From assembly GCA_963803435.1 (NCBI GenBank), contig CAWDML010000001.1:1152001-1216000 (forward strand): a stretch of DNA of 64,000 bases. Direction: 5' to 3'. Positions 1 through 12,499 of this stretch are shown piece after piece. The notes under the pieces were generated by a model. The model did no database searches. It saw only the letters and a list, made by a program, of their open reading frames with translations, and was not told the origin of the DNA. The stretch is from an uncultured delta proteobacterium. GTDB taxonomy: Bacteria; Myxococcota; Kuafuiibacteriia; Kuafuiibacteriales; Kuafuiibacteriaceae. Positions within the stretch are counted from its first letter, which is position 1, and every line of letters begins with the position of its first letter. A program made the position numbers and the translations under genes.

Positions 1-1209
1 CTCCAGCTGTGCGGCCACGAAGGCGTCGAAGTCGAAGTCGGCCGGCACGATGGGCAGGTTCATCGGAAGCCCGGTCTCGTCGCGGCGCGAGAACGGGGAC
101 GTCGCGGTCGTCACCGGCATGAACAGGCTCGCCACCTCCACGGGCCCCGAAGGCGGCGGCGGGGACGGATCCACCGGCGGCGGCGGATCCGAGGGTGGCG
201 GATCCACCGCCGGCGGCGGGGGAGTGACCGGAGGCGGCGGCGGGTCCACCATCGCGAGGGCCCCGGCATCCGGGCCGTCCGGCGAGGCGCTCTCCCCGGC
301 GTCGTGTTTGTGGAGGATCGCCGCCAGCGAGAAGCCGCTCCCGCCGGCCTGCTGGCGGAGCTTCCACAGCACGGTCGTGGTGAGCACGAAGGCGGCCAGG
401 AACAGCCCGACCGCACCGAGCACGATCCAGCGTCGCTCCGCCTGGCGGCGCCGGAAGGCCGGCCGGGCCCGCGTCTGCACCGGCCCGGTCACGCGGTGCC
501 GGAGGCGCTCGGGGAGCTCGACGTCGAAGTTGATGTTGCCGACCCGCAGGCGGTCCTTGTGCGCGAGCTCCGCCATGTCGACCCGGGTATCGTTCACGAA
601 CGTCCCGTTCGACGACCCCAGATCCGTCACTGTCAGCCGATCGCGCGTGAACACGATCCGCGAGTGCTGGCGCGAGACCGAGCCGTCGAGGATGGGCACG
701 TCGCACTCCTCGAGACGGCCGATGATGTTCTCGCCCTTCTTGAGCTCGAAGCGACGGCCCGACACCGGCTCGTCGAGGCCGCGCAGCGAAGGCAGCTCGA
801 GGTTGGGCGGCTTCGAGGTCGGCTTCGCCTGGACCTTCTCCACGACCGGCGCGCTCCGGAGCTTCGCCGGATCGGGCCCGTCGAACATCGAGGAGGCCGT
901 GCTGTCGGCCGGGTCCTTGAGCGAGACCTGAAAGGAGCCGACGCGGATCTGGTCACCGAGCTTGAACTTGGATCGACGCTCGATCTTCTTCCCGTTCAGG
1001 CGGATGCCGTTCGCGCTGCCGAGATCCTCGACGCTGGGCTCGCCGTCGGCCACGCGAAAGGAGGCGTGGCGCCGCGAGATCTTCTTGTCGTCGACCCGGA
1101 TGTCGGCGCTCTCGTCGCGGCCGATCACCACGGGATCTTCCGAGATGGGCACCTCCCGGACATCCCCGTTCGGCGCCTTGATGATGAGGAAGAAGCGGGG
1201 CTTCGCCAC
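1..1209 (-). CDS. Double-FHA-domain membrane protein with Pro-rich extracytoplasmic region (3' end runs off the window)
   Basis: Manual translation from GTG 1209: VAKPRFFLIIKAPNGDVREVPISEDPVVIGRDESADIRVDDKKISRRHA...DLGSANG (FHA1); IIGRLEECDVPILDGSVSRQHS...DLGSSNGT (FHA2); TM WIVLGAVGLFLAAFVLTTTVLW; PPPP tract. Not in the ORF track because it is truncated. Confidence 0.85.
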   Translation of the reverse strand, partial: MAKPRFFLIIKAPNGDVREVPISEDPVVIGRDESADIRVDDKKISRRHASFRVADGEPSVEDLGSANGIRLNGKKIERRSKFKLGDQIRVGSFQVSLKDPADSTASSMFDGPDPAKLRSAPVVEKVQAKPTSKPPNLELPSLRGLDEPVSGRRFELKKGENIIGRLEECDVPILDGSVSRQHSRIVFTRDRLTVTDLGSSNGTFVNDTRVDMAELAHKDRLRVGNINFDVELPERLRHRVTGPVQTRARPAFRRRQAERRWIVLGAVGLFLAAFVLTTTVLWKLRQQAGGSGFSLAAILHKHDAGESASPDGPDAGALAMVDPPPPPVTPPPPAVDPPPSDPPPPVDPSPPPPSGPVEVASLFMPVTTATSPFSRRDETGLPMNLPIVPADFDFDAFVAAQLE

Positions 1210-1223
1210 GAATTGAGCTAGGG

Positions 1224-3392
<2,169 letters not shown>

Positions 3393-3461
3393 GGCGGTTT
3401 TCGCCGGCAGTTTAGCAAACCCGGACCCGGTAACAAGTTGCCTGCTATGTAGGGGATAAGA

Positions 3462-5696
3462 CTACCGGATATAGCGAAATGCGTTGTCCGATTCAGGCGA
3501 CGTGTCGGTGCGCCCGCTCTGGAGCTGAACCAGCACCCGCGAGCCCGGATAGCTGATCGTCCACGCCCGCTGGAGGGTCGAAAACACTGCATTCGCGGGC
3601 GCCGCCGCAGGGAGGCTCGAGGTGCCGTTCGGCTGGGCAGCCGACAGCTGGAAGGGCAGCGTGGGGAGCACGTCGAAGTCCGCCGTCGAGCACTGGCGCC
3701 CGACCAGCTGGGGGATGCACGTCGCCGCCATCCCGTCGCACGCCTCGGAACAGGCGCGCGAGCACCCGGGCGTCACGGGAATCTCGGAGCAGGCGCGCCC
3801 TTCCCCACAGTCGGTGCTCGACGCACATGCCGTGTGACCTGGGCCTTCGAGGCAAGAGAACGGCGAGAGCGCCGTGATCCGCATGGCGAGCCGCTCGGTG
3901 AACAGCGCGGACATCCCGTTCGCGTCCGACACCACCGGAACGCGCTCGATCACCTCGAGGATCCGCTCCTGCGTGACGTTCACCAGGACCATCTCCTCGT
4001 CGCCCGGATACACCTCGTACCGCGAGGCGATCGCGGCGGCGGAGGCGCAGTCATCGAGGGAGAAGGCGGGATCGTAGGCCACCGTGATCTCGCCGGGCGA
4101 CACCGCCGTGACCGTGCCGGTCGCCGTCAGCGCGATCGTCCGATCTGCCGTTGTACAGACCACCTGCGTCAGCACGCGATCCACGTTCGGCACGATCAGG
4201 CGGTCCACGAACGAGCTCACCGTCGAGTCGGCGATCGAGTAGGCGGCGGCGGCCGTCGAGCTCTCGACGGGCTTGAACACCGGCGACTGCGACGTCACGA
4301 GCGCTCCCCGATAAACGGCGCGATAGAAGGCGAACGACGGGATGGGCGCGTGCACGATCCCGTGCGGGCACGTCGAGGTCGCGACCGTCGTATCTTCGCT
4401 GCACATGTTGAGGCCGTTGCACTCCCCGAGGCTCGCGTTGCCGGCGTCCGGATCGACCGCTTCGATCGACATCGGCGTCGACGTGGTCACGCGCGCGACC
4501 GTGGTGTCGACCGAGGTGGCGATGCTCGCGGTCTCGGTCTCCGCCACCACGAAGGTGAGCACGCCGTCGGCGTGCGCCAGCAGCAGCACCGGAAAGAGCG
4601 GCCCGCCCGGGCTCCCGTACGCGTGTCGCGTGATCCGCGAATCGCCGATGCCGGTCACCACGTTCGCCGTCGCCTGCGGGTTGAAGTCGAGGAACTCGGA
4701 GACGAAGCCCACGGCCGCCGCCCCAATCGGGCTCGGGTGCACGTCGAGGGTCCCGATCAGCTCGCTCGACCCGCGCTGGTCGAGCGGTGTGAGGGGCGAA
4801 TGATCCGGCGCCGTGGAGCGCCTCAGCCACCTCGGTCCGGGGATCAGGTGGACGATCCGCGCCGTGTCGCTCCGGATCGCGAACGCGCCGCGATCCCCGG
4901 CGTCCACCAGCTCGTCGGTCGGTCCGCCCACGTCGGTGGTCTGCACGGCCACGACCGGATCGGCCGCGTTCGGATCGAGCGCCACCTGCGTGATCGAGTT
5001 GCTCCCGCTGGACGCCAGGATCTGCACCTCGGGGGTCCCCACGCCGCGGACCGAGATCCGCCGCGGCGAGTCCGCGAGCGACGCCGTCCCCACCAGCATG
5101 TCTGTCTCGATCCCCAGCCGGAACAGCGCCAGCTCGTCGCCCTGGCTCTCCAGGCTCTGGAACGATACGGCGACCAGGTCGACGTCCCCGATGGTGGCGG
5201 CGACCTCGACGTCGGTCGGGATCAGGTCGTTCCCAGCGACCTCCGCCAGATCGATCGAGCGCAGCAGCCGGTTGCCGGGCTTCGCGAGCGCGCTCTGCTG
5301 GAAGCCGAGGGGAGTCACGTCGAGGACGTGGAGCTTGGCGTCGCCCGGCGACAGCACGTAGGCCCGCTTGATGCTCGTGCTTTGATCGTGCGACGCCGCG
5401 ATCTCGGTGGGAAATCCGGGCGCCGGGACCACCAGCGGGAAGAACACGGTCGGCGCCGGGACGAACCCGAGCTGCGTGGTCCCCGCGTTCAGATCCAGGG
5501 CGAACTGGAGGATCTTCACACCCTCGGACTCCGAGTCGGTGATCAACAGGTCCTCGCGCGTGTTGCCCGACTCCTCGGGACGATCGAGGAAGAGCAGCCC
5601 CGAGGGCCGCACCAGGCGACCGGTCGAGGTGGGCGGGTTCGCGCGGCAAGCGCCCGCGACAATCCCGAGGCTCGAGATGAGGATCAGCGCTCTCAC
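3462..5696 (-). CDS. Hypothetical lipoprotein, beta-rich with Cys-rich C-terminal region
   Basis: Signal peptide ending IVAGAC (lipobox); 744 aa ORF; start overlaps the upstream stop (GTGA). Confidence 0.7.
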   Translation of the reverse strand: MRALILISSLGIVAGACRANPPTSTGRLVRPSGLLFLDRPEESGNTREDLLITDSESEGVKILQFALDLNAGTTQLGFVPAPTVFFPLVVPAPGFPTEIAASHDQSTSIKRAYVLSPGDAKLHVLDVTPLGFQQSALAKPGNRLLRSIDLAEVAGNDLIPTDVEVAATIGDVDLVAVSFQSLESQGDELALFRLGIETDMLVGTASLADSPRRISVRGVGTPEVQILASSGSNSITQVALDPNAADPVVAVQTTDVGGPTDELVDAGDRGAFAIRSDTARIVHLIPGPRWLRRSTAPDHSPLTPLDQRGSSELIGTLDVHPSPIGAAAVGFVSEFLDFNPQATANVVTGIGDSRITRHAYGSPGGPLFPVLLLAHADGVLTFVVAETETASIATSVDTTVARVTTSTPMSIEAVDPDAGNASLGECNGLNMCSEDTTVATSTCPHGIVHAPIPSFAFYRAVYRGALVTSQSPVFKPVESSTAAAAYSIADSTVSSFVDRLIVPNVDRVLTQVVCTTADRTIALTATGTVTAVSPGEITVAYDPAFSLDDCASAAAIASRYEVYPGDEEMVLVNVTQERILEVIERVPVVSDANGMSALFTERLAMRITALSPFSCLEGPGHTACASSTDCGEGRACSEIPVTPGCSRACSEACDGMAATCIPQLVGRQCSTADFDVLPTLPFQLSAAQPNGTSSLPAAAPANAVFSTLQRAWTISYPGSRVLVQLQSGRTDTSPESDNAFRYIR

Positions 5697-7153
5697 GGCT
5701 TCTCGGTCTCCCCGCTGGAGTCGATGTTTCGGCCCAGGCGCGCGATGATGCGGTGCTTTTTGGGATCCGGATCGCTGACGTCGACGACCGCCAGCGTGCT
5801 GTTGGCGAAGTTGGTGACGAACCCGAGCGTGCGATCACCGCGCGATGCGAACGCGATCTGCGACGGCCCATCCAGCAGCCGGGCCTGCACCTGCTTGCCG
5901 TCGATCTCGCGCTGCGCGCGGCCGTCGATCTCTTTGATCAGGATCGGTTCATCGGTCGTCACGTCGACGATGAACAGCTTGTCCCGCCGGATGTCCCCGA
6001 TGTACGCGACGCGCGTCAGTCGATGGCCCACCACGAGGTCGCGCAGGAACGGCCGCTGGAGCTCCTCGCCCAGCTCGAGCACCGACAACACACGCATCCG
6101 ATCGCCGCCGATGTCGAGCACCGCGATCCCGGAGTTGAACTCGCCGCCCGGCGCGGTGAACCGGACCGACGCATAGGCCCGAGTCGGCTTCTCGCCCTCG
6201 GCGAAGGGAGCGATCGCGAGGGACCGCATCTCGATGGCCGAGATCTGCGTGCTCAGCGTGATGGTTTGACCCGAGCCCTGTTGGAGCACGAGCTGGTACT
6301 GGCCGTTGCCGTTCACGGTCGGGACGAAGCTGGCCACCACGAGATCCGGCGCCGTCGCCAGATTCGTGGAGAGGAACACGCTGCTCAGATCGAGGATGTC
6401 TCCCGCGAACATGATGCCGCTCGAGCCGCCGAAGCTGAGGAGCGTCGTCGTCGTCACCGGCTCCTCCATCTCGCCGCTCCGGGTGCCGGCTTCGATCGCG
6501 GTGCGGTCCTCGAAGACCTGCACGTTCGCCAGCGACACCGCGCCCAGGATGACGTTCTCGGACTGGCGCGTCGCCAGGTGGCCGATCGCGACCAGGTCGG
6601 GACGACTGGAGTTGGCGGTGGCGACGCCGAGCGCGAAGGGATCCGCGAAGCCGGTGCTCGCCACGTAGGCCCGCGAGCACTCGCTGCCGGGTACCAGCTC
6701 GATCGAATCGCCGGGCGTCGTGCACGACATCAGCTTCTGAGCGCCGGTGTCGACGTCGATCATCGTCACCACGTTGCGGCCCCGGGCAGCGGCGAAGAGG
6801 TGGCCCTTGCCAGCACCGCGCGGCACGTACACCAGGTCTCCGCCGAAGGAGAAGATCTGAACCGTGTCGCTCTGGGCGGGGCGCAGCGTGTCGCTGTAGA
6901 CCACGTCGCCGGTGCCGTCGCCGGCCATCTCGAACAGGTCATCGATCCGGTACGTCGTGACCGCGCCGGCGTTGAAGCGCTGGTCGAAGTTGCTGCTGAG
7001 CACGGCGAGGTGCGCGTCCCGTTGGTCGGCGTCCGGGAGGACCGCGATCCCGATCGGGAAGTAGACTTCGTCGCCGGGCGGCGGGATGCCCGGGATCTGC
7101 TCGGCGCACGACAGCGCCAGACAGCCGATGGTGATGATCGATCGTCGGATCAA
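5693..7153 (-). CDS. Lipoprotein, YncE/beta-propeller-like myxobacterial family
   Basis: TTG 7153 overlaps the ppdK stop; LIRRSIITIGCLALSC lipobox; YFPIGIAV...SSNFDQRFNAG motif; C-terminal GFVTNFANSTLAVVDV blade. The ORF-track extension to 8098 is a shadow of ppdK. Confidence 0.75.
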   Translation of the reverse strand: MIRRSIITIGCLALSCAEQIPGIPPPGDEVYFPIGIAVLPDADQRDAHLAVLSSNFDQRFNAGAVTTYRIDDLFEMAGDGTGDVVYSDTLRPAQSDTVQIFSFGGDLVYVPRGAGKGHLFAAARGRNVVTMIDVDTGAQKLMSCTTPGDSIELVPGSECSRAYVASTGFADPFALGVATANSSRPDLVAIGHLATRQSENVILGAVSLANVQVFEDRTAIEAGTRSGEMEEPVTTTTLLSFGGSSGIMFAGDILDLSSVFLSTNLATAPDLVVASFVPTVNGNGQYQLVLQQGSGQTITLSTQISAIEMRSLAIAPFAEGEKPTRAYASVRFTAPGGEFNSGIAVLDIGGDRMRVLSVLELGEELQRPFLRDLVVGHRLTRVAYIGDIRRDKLFIVDVTTDEPILIKEIDGRAQREIDGKQVQARLLDGPSQIAFASRGDRTLGFVTNFANSTLAVVDVSDPDPKKHRIIARLGRNIDSSGETEKP

Positions 7154-9825
7154 CGTCTCTCCCGAAGGGCCGCGTGGGCGGCGGCCAGGCGCGCGATCGG
7201 CACGCGGAACGGCGAGCAGGACACGTAGTCGAGCCCGACCCGGTGGCAGTATTCGACCGAGCTCGGCTCCCCGCCGTGCTCGCCGCAGATCCCGATCTTC
7301 AGGTTCGGCTTGACCTTGCGCCCCTTCTCCGTGGCCATCTCGATCAAGAGCCCCACGCCCTCCTGATCGAGCACCTGGAACGGATCGTGGGGCATGATCC
7401 CGTCCTCGACGTAGCCGGGCAGGAAGCTCCCGGCGTCGTCGCGGGACAGCCCGAAGGTCATCTGCGTCAGATCGTTGGTACCGAACGAGAAGAAGTCGGC
7501 GTGGCTCGCGATGCGATCGGCGAGGAGCGCAGCCCGCGGGAGCTCGATCATCGTCCCGATCGTGTACTCCACTCGGCTCCCCTGCTCCTCGAACACCCGG
7601 GTGGCGGTGGCCGTGACCCGCCCGCGCAGGCGCTCGAGCTCTTCCGCGGTCGACACCAGCGGGATCATGATCTCCGGCCGCACCCGCACGTTCTGCTTCG
7701 AGACGTTCACGGCCGCCTCGATGATCGCGCGCGTCTGCATCTCGTAGATCTCGGGATGGACCAGCCCGAGCCGACAGCCGCGCAGGCCCAGCATCGGGTT
7801 GAACTCCTGAAGGGTCGCGACCTTCGCCTTCACCGCGTCGATGCTCTTGTCCAGCTCCTTCGCGATGGCCTCGACGTCGCGCTCCTCCTTGGGCAGGAAC
7901 TCGTGGAGCGGCGGATCGAGCAGCCGGATCGTGACCGGCAGCCCGTCCATCGCCCGGAAGATGCCCTCGAAGTCGCCGCGCTGCATGGGCGCGATCTTGG
8001 CGAGCGCCGCGCGCCGGCCCGAGGCGCCGTCGGCGAGGATCATCTCCCGCATCGCCCGGATCCGATCCTCCTGGAAGAACATGTGCTCGGTCCGGCACAG
8101 GCCGATCCCCTCGGCGCCGAAGCGGCGGGCCATCTCCGCGTCGGCGGGCGTGTCTGCGTTGGTCCGCACCTTGAGGCGCCGGAACTCGTCGACCCAGACC
8201 ATCAGCTCATCGAACTGAGCAGAGCCACCCGCCTGGACGGTGGCGACCTCGCCCAGCATCACCTCACCGGTGGAGCCGTCGATGGTGACCAGATCGCCGG
8301 CCCGCAGGCGCTGGCCGCGCGCCACCACCACACCCTGGTCGTAGTCGATGACCATCTCGCCGCACCCGACGACGCACGGGCGACCCATCCCGCGCGCCAC
8401 CACCGCTGCGTGCGAGGTCATGCCGCCGCGCGAGGTGAGGATGCCAGCGGCGTGATACATGCCGCTGACGTCCTCGGGCGACGTCTCGATCCGGACCAGG
8501 ATCACGCGTTCGTTCTTCTTGCCCCGCTCCTCCGCGTCCTCGGCGGAGAACACGATGCGGCCGGTCGCGGCGCCGGGCGAGGCCGGCAGGCCCTTGGCCA
8601 CGATGTCCCGCTGCGCCTTCGGATCCAGCATCGGGTGGAGGAGCTGATCGATGTGCGCCGGCGTCACGCGCATGACGGCTTGCCGCTTGTCGATCATTCC
8701 CTCCCGCACCATGTCGACCGCGATCCGCAGGGCCGCCGAGGCCGTGCGCTTGCCGGTGCGCGTCTGCAGGAGCCAGAGCTTGCCCTGCTGGATCGTGAAC
8801 TCGATGTCCTGCATGTCGCGGTAGTGGGTCTCGAGCGTGTGCCGGACGTCGTCGAGCTCCCGGTAGACCTCGGGCATGAGCTTCTCGAGCGTCGCCTCCG
8901 AGGACGCACCCCCGCTGGCGTTGATGTTGGCCGGCGTGCGGATCCCGGCCACCACGTCCTCGCCCTGCGCGTTGAGCAGATACTCGCCAAAGAACCGCTG
9001 TGCACCGCTGTTCGGGTCTCGCGTGAAGGCCACACCGGTGGCGCAGTCGGTGCCCATGTTCCCGAACACCATCGCCTGGACATTGACCGCGGTGCCGATG
9101 TCCGCCGGAATCCCGTTGAGCTCGCGATACGTCTGGGCGCGCGGGTTGTTCCACGAGTTGAAGACGGCCGACACCGCACCCAGCAGCTGCTGCCAGGGAT
9201 CCTGCGGGAACTCGCCGGACGAGAGCGCCTTGATCAGCTGCTTGTACTCGTCGACCAGGCGAACGAGCGTGTCGGCGTCGAGCTCGTTGTCGAGCTCCAC
9301 GTCCTTCTCGCGCTTCAGCTTGGAGAGCACGCTGTCGAACGGATCGGGCGCGTGCTTCGACTCGGGCTTCATGCCCAGCACGACGTCCCCGTACATCGCG
9401 ACCAGCCGGCGATAGCTGTCGAACGCGAATCGTCGATCCTTCGTGCGCTCGGCGAGGCCGACGACGGCGCGATCGCTGAGCCCCAGGTTGAGGACCGTGT
9501 CCATCATCCCCGGCATCGAGAAAGGCGCGCCCGAGCGGACGGAGACCAGGAGCGGATTCGCGGGATCGCCGAACTTCGCACCCATGATGCGCTCCACGTG
9601 GGTCATCGCGGCGCGGATCTGGTCCTCGAGGCCCGACGGCAGGCGGTGACCCGCCGCGTAGAACTCGGAGCAGACCTGAGTGGTGATGGTGAAACCGGGT
9701 GGGACAGGCAGACCCAAGCTGGTCATCTCCGCCAGCCCTGCGCCCTTGCCCCCCAGGAGGTTTTTCATGTCACCGCGCCCTTCGGCTTTTCCGTCGCCGA
9801 AGAGGTAGACCCGCTTCTCCGCCAC
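7150..9825 (-). CDS. ppdK: Pyruvate, phosphate dikinase
   Basis: LLGGKGAGLAEM, PLLVSVRSGA, GGMTSHAAVVARG (phospho-His), EGIGLCRTEHMF, FSFGTNDLTQ, GICGEHGG. GTG 9825 is the probable start. Confidence 0.97.
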   Translation of the reverse strand: MAEKRVYLFGDGKAEGRGDMKNLLGGKGAGLAEMTSLGLPVPPGFTITTQVCSEFYAAGHRLPSGLEDQIRAAMTHVERIMGAKFGDPANPLLVSVRSGAPFSMPGMMDTVLNLGLSDRAVVGLAERTKDRRFAFDSYRRLVAMYGDVVLGMKPESKHAPDPFDSVLSKLKREKDVELDNELDADTLVRLVDEYKQLIKALSSGEFPQDPWQQLLGAVSAVFNSWNNPRAQTYRELNGIPADIGTAVNVQAMVFGNMGTDCATGVAFTRDPNSGAQRFFGEYLLNAQGEDVVAGIRTPANINASGGASSEATLEKLMPEVYRELDDVRHTLETHYRDMQDIEFTIQQGKLWLLQTRTGKRTASAALRIAVDMVREGMIDKRQAVMRVTPAHIDQLLHPMLDPKAQRDIVAKGLPASPGAATGRIVFSAEDAEERGKKNERVILVRIETSPEDVSGMYHAAGILTSRGGMTSHAAVVARGMGRPCVVGCGEMVIDYDQGVVVARGQRLRAGDLVTIDGSTGEVMLGEVATVQAGGSAQFDELMVWVDEFRRLKVRTNADTPADAEMARRFGAEGIGLCRTEHMFFQEDRIRAMREMILADGASGRRAALAKIAPMQRGDFEGIFRAMDGLPVTIRLLDPPLHEFLPKEERDVEAIAKELDKSIDAVKAKVATLQEFNPMLGLRGCRLGLVHPEIYEMQTRAIIEAAVNVSKQNVRVRPEIMIPLVSTAEELERLRGRVTATATRVFEEQGSRVEYTIGTMIELPRAALLADRIASHADFFSFGTNDLTQMTFGLSRDDAGSFLPGYVEDGIMPHDPFQVLDQEGVGLLIEMATEKGRKVKPNLKIGICGEHGGEPSSVEYCHRVGLDYVSCSPFRVPIARLAAAHAALRERR

Positions 9826-9982
9826 GGCGCGCCGGTAGCATGCGTCGAAAACGACAGTCAATCGCTATTAAAATCGCGGAGTTGTGGCGATCACGGCCGG
9901 GCATGGCTCCCCGGCGCCGGATGTTGTGCTCGAGGGATGCGCGTTGACGGTCCGGCCAGGGTGCGAACGTTCCTCGTCAACG

Positions 9983-10216
9983 ATGATGAAAAACCCCGGT
10001 CATGCCGCGTTGTTGTCCTTCCTTCTGCCCGGCGTGGGGCAGCTCTACAACGGCCATTTCCTTCGCGCCCTCTTCTGGTTCGTCATCACCCCCGGCCTCT
10101 GGATCGGCACCGGGGGCCTCCTCGGGTGGGTGTGCCACGTCGTGGCAGCCTACACCGCCTACAAGAAAGCCGAGTCGGTGAACGAGGATTACGTGCTCCC
10201 CGCCCGCGTGGCTTGA
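9983..10216 (+). CDS. Small membrane protein (TM2/DUF5683-like)
   Basis: MMKNPGHAALLSFLLPGVGQLYNG motif followed by hydrophobic helices; 77 aa. Confidence 0.8.
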   Translation: MMKNPGHAALLSFLLPGVGQLYNGHFLRALFWFVITPGLWIGTGGLLGWVCHVVAAYTAYKKAESVNEDYVLPARVA

Positions 10217-10252
10217 TGTGGCTCGGCGCGGGCGAGGTAGAATGAGGTCACC

Positions 10253-10636
10253 TTGCGCGCACTGAAGAGAAAACTGCCCGAGAAGATCATCCGCAAGCTC
10301 GCCCGCCACCCGGTGGCCGTCATCTCCACTCTCTCCCTCTCGATGCGCATCGGAAAGGACGCGTACCGGGTGAAGGAGGGCAAGATCGACAACACCGAGT
10401 TCCGCGCCCGCACCGGCGGACATCTCGGCGCGCTCTCGGGCGGCCTGGCGGTCGCCTCGGTCGGATCGGCCATCGGCAGCGTTCTCATCCCGGGAATCGG
10501 AACGATCCTGGGCGCCTTCGCCGGTGGCATCGTCGGCGAGGAGCTCGGGGCGCGGGGGGGCCGAAAGATCGTTCAGCAAGTGGAGCGCTTCGTCACCGGC
10601 CAGGAGCCGAGCGACGAGCACAAAGACAAGAAATGA
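10253..10636 (+). CDS. Glycine-zipper protein (paralog 1)
   Basis: Basic N-terminus, then GALSGGLAVASVGSAIGSVLIPGIGTILGAFAGGIVGEELG (GxxxG repeats). Confidence 0.75.
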   Translation: MRALKRKLPEKIIRKLARHPVAVISTLSLSMRIGKDAYRVKEGKIDNTEFRARTGGHLGALSGGLAVASVGSAIGSVLIPGIGTILGAFAGGIVGEELGARGGRKIVQQVERFVTGQEPSDEHKDKK

Positions 10637-11049
10637 AGATCCCCTCCCCGATCAAGCGTTTGCCGAAGCGGCTCAAGCGCGGGCTGAGGCACCCGACGGT
10701 CATCACGATGACCGTCCGGTTCGGGGTGAAGGTCGGCCACGAGGCGTATCTGCTCCGGGCGGAAGAGATCAGCTACGCCGAGTTCAAGCGCCGGACGGTG
10801 GCCCACATCGGGGAGATCTCGGGGACCACCCTGGGCGCGGTCATCGGCGGCCTGGCAGGCTCGTGGGTCCCGGGGGTCGGCGCGCTCTTCGGCGCATTCG
10901 TGGGCTCGGTGGCCGGTGAGATGGCAGGGGAGTACGTGGGACGAAAGAGCGCCTTCCGCGTCCACCGGATCCTCCAGAGCCCGGACGAGGAGAACGACGG
11001 GGAGGCCGATCGCCCCGTCGACCTGGGCCTCCCGGGACGCCGTCTCTGA
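10633..11049 (+). CDS. Glycine-zipper protein (paralog 2)
   Basis: ATGA overlap with paralog 1; GEISGTTLGAVIGGLAGSWVPGVGALFGAFVGSVAGEMAG. Confidence 0.75.
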   Translation: MKIPSPIKRLPKRLKRGLRHPTVITMTVRFGVKVGHEAYLLRAEEISYAEFKRRTVAHIGEISGTTLGAVIGGLAGSWVPGVGALFGAFVGSVAGEMAGEYVGRKSAFRVHRILQSPDEENDGEADRPVDLGLPGRRL

Positions 11050-11106
11050 GGACCCCGGTCCCCATCGGCGCGCATTTTCAGGGAAGATCGTCGCGCGGTC
11101 TCTTGT

Positions 11107-12453
11107 TTGCACGGGTTCCGCCCGTTGAAACCGGGACATTGGGCGTCTGCACTGCTTCTGGGTGCCCTTGCGGCGGGGGGGTGTGGCGGTGAAGCCGACC
11201 TGGTCGAGCCGGGCGCCTGCGCGCCAGGCTGCGGTCTCGACGAGCGGTGTGAAGGCGGCGTCTGTCTCGGCTCCGTGGGCTGGACCGTCCCGCTCCCGGT
11301 CAACGTGCAGGGCGAGGTCGCCGTCACCGATGACGGCGTGATCCTCGCCTCCGGCGCGCCCCAGATGGGCCAGGGCTACCAGCCGACGCTGTATGCGATC
11401 TCCTCCGACGGCGAGATGCTGTGGCAGCACCCGGTCGGCAGCGAGGGTCCTTGGGGCTTCCCGTCGCGGCCCGTGCTCGGCACCGACGGCCGCATCTACG
11501 TCACGATCAACTACTCGCTGTTCGCCCTCGATCGCGACGGCTACCTCCAATGGTCGCTCGACATCCCGTTCATGTCGCCGACGCGCCTGGCCGTCAACGC
11601 CACCAACCCACCGCCCGCACCGGCGATCGGCGCCGATGGGAACATCTACTGGCAGTTCCTCGCCGCCACCACGCCGAAGGGCGAGCTGAGATGGCGGCAG
11701 TTCGTCGATCCGTACACGCCGTGCGAGACCGCCCTCCCCCTCTCGGAGACGCGCGTGTTGTTCCGGACCGATCAGAAGATGGTGGCGCTGGACGGCGGGG
11801 TGGCGCGCTGGACCGCCGAGCGTCCGCTCGACGACTTCACCGAGCCGGGCTGCGGCATGATCCCGTTCAACGACAGGCTGGTCGCGACCCTCTGGTGCGA
11901 GCCCGGTCCGAGCGCCTTCGTGTGCGGCCACCTCCTCTTCTTCGACATCGAGACCGGCGCGATCGCCTGGCAGACCGATCCGCCGAAGGCGGTCGCGATG
12001 GCGACCAGCCTGCTGATGCGCCCCGACGGCTCTCTGGCGGTCTTCTCCGCCGGCGCCCACGGCAACCCCGACGACCCGGCGCGAATGTGGCTGGTGACGC
12101 CGGACGGCAAGAGCACCGGCCCGACCATCAGTCTGCCGTGGCACGCCGTCTATCACGTGGCGCTCGGGGACGACGGCATCTTCTATGCGACCACCCCGCT
12201 CGGGCTCGCCGCGATCAGCGAGACCGGTGAGGTGCTCTGGCGCTACGAGCCTGACAACGCCCAGGGCTCGTACAGCGGCGCCCCCGCGATCGGGAGCAAC
12301 GGCTGCGTCTACTACGAGACGGTGCGTCTGGCCGACGAACGCGTCTCCTACGGACGGGAGATCAGCTGCCTGCGCAGCTCCGCGACCGGTCTGGCCGACT
12401 CGCGATGGCCGCGATCGATCGGGGGCAACAGCAGCGCAATGCGCTCACCGTGA
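11107..12453 (+). CDS. PQQ-like beta-propeller repeat lipoprotein
   Basis: LAAGGC lipobox (TTG 11125 is an alternative start); repeats PVLGTDGRIYV, PAIGADGNIY, PAIGSNGCVY, DG..LW; C-terminal LADSRWP. Confidence 0.8.
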   Translation: MHGFRPLKPGHWASALLLGALAAGGCGGEADLVEPGACAPGCGLDERCEGGVCLGSVGWTVPLPVNVQGEVAVTDDGVILASGAPQMGQGYQPTLYAISSDGEMLWQHPVGSEGPWGFPSRPVLGTDGRIYVTINYSLFALDRDGYLQWSLDIPFMSPTRLAVNATNPPPAPAIGADGNIYWQFLAATTPKGELRWRQFVDPYTPCETALPLSETRVLFRTDQKMVALDGGVARWTAERPLDDFTEPGCGMIPFNDRLVATLWCEPGPSAFVCGHLLFFDIETGAIAWQTDPPKAVAMATSLLMRPDGSLAVFSAGAHGNPDDPARMWLVTPDGKSTGPTISLPWHAVYHVALGDDGIFYATTPLGLAAISETGEVLWRYEPDNAQGSYSGAPAIGSNGCVYYETVRLADERVSYGREISCLRSSATGLADSRWPRSIGGNSSAMRSP

Positions 12454-12499
12454 TCTTGCCGAGGACGTCCGGGTGGGTGCTAAACTGGGCGGCGCGCCC

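Noticed and set aside
150-250. GGCGGCGG/GGATCCACC repeats
   Set aside because: They encode the DPPPP proline-rich linker of the FHA membrane protein.
7174-10245. Very long antisense/alternative-frame ORFs (also 1296-3452, 3834-6176, 31342-33783, 56128-58284 and others)
   Set aside because: Shadow ORFs typical of high-GC codon bias, lying opposite well-supported genes; R/G/A-rich with no motifs.
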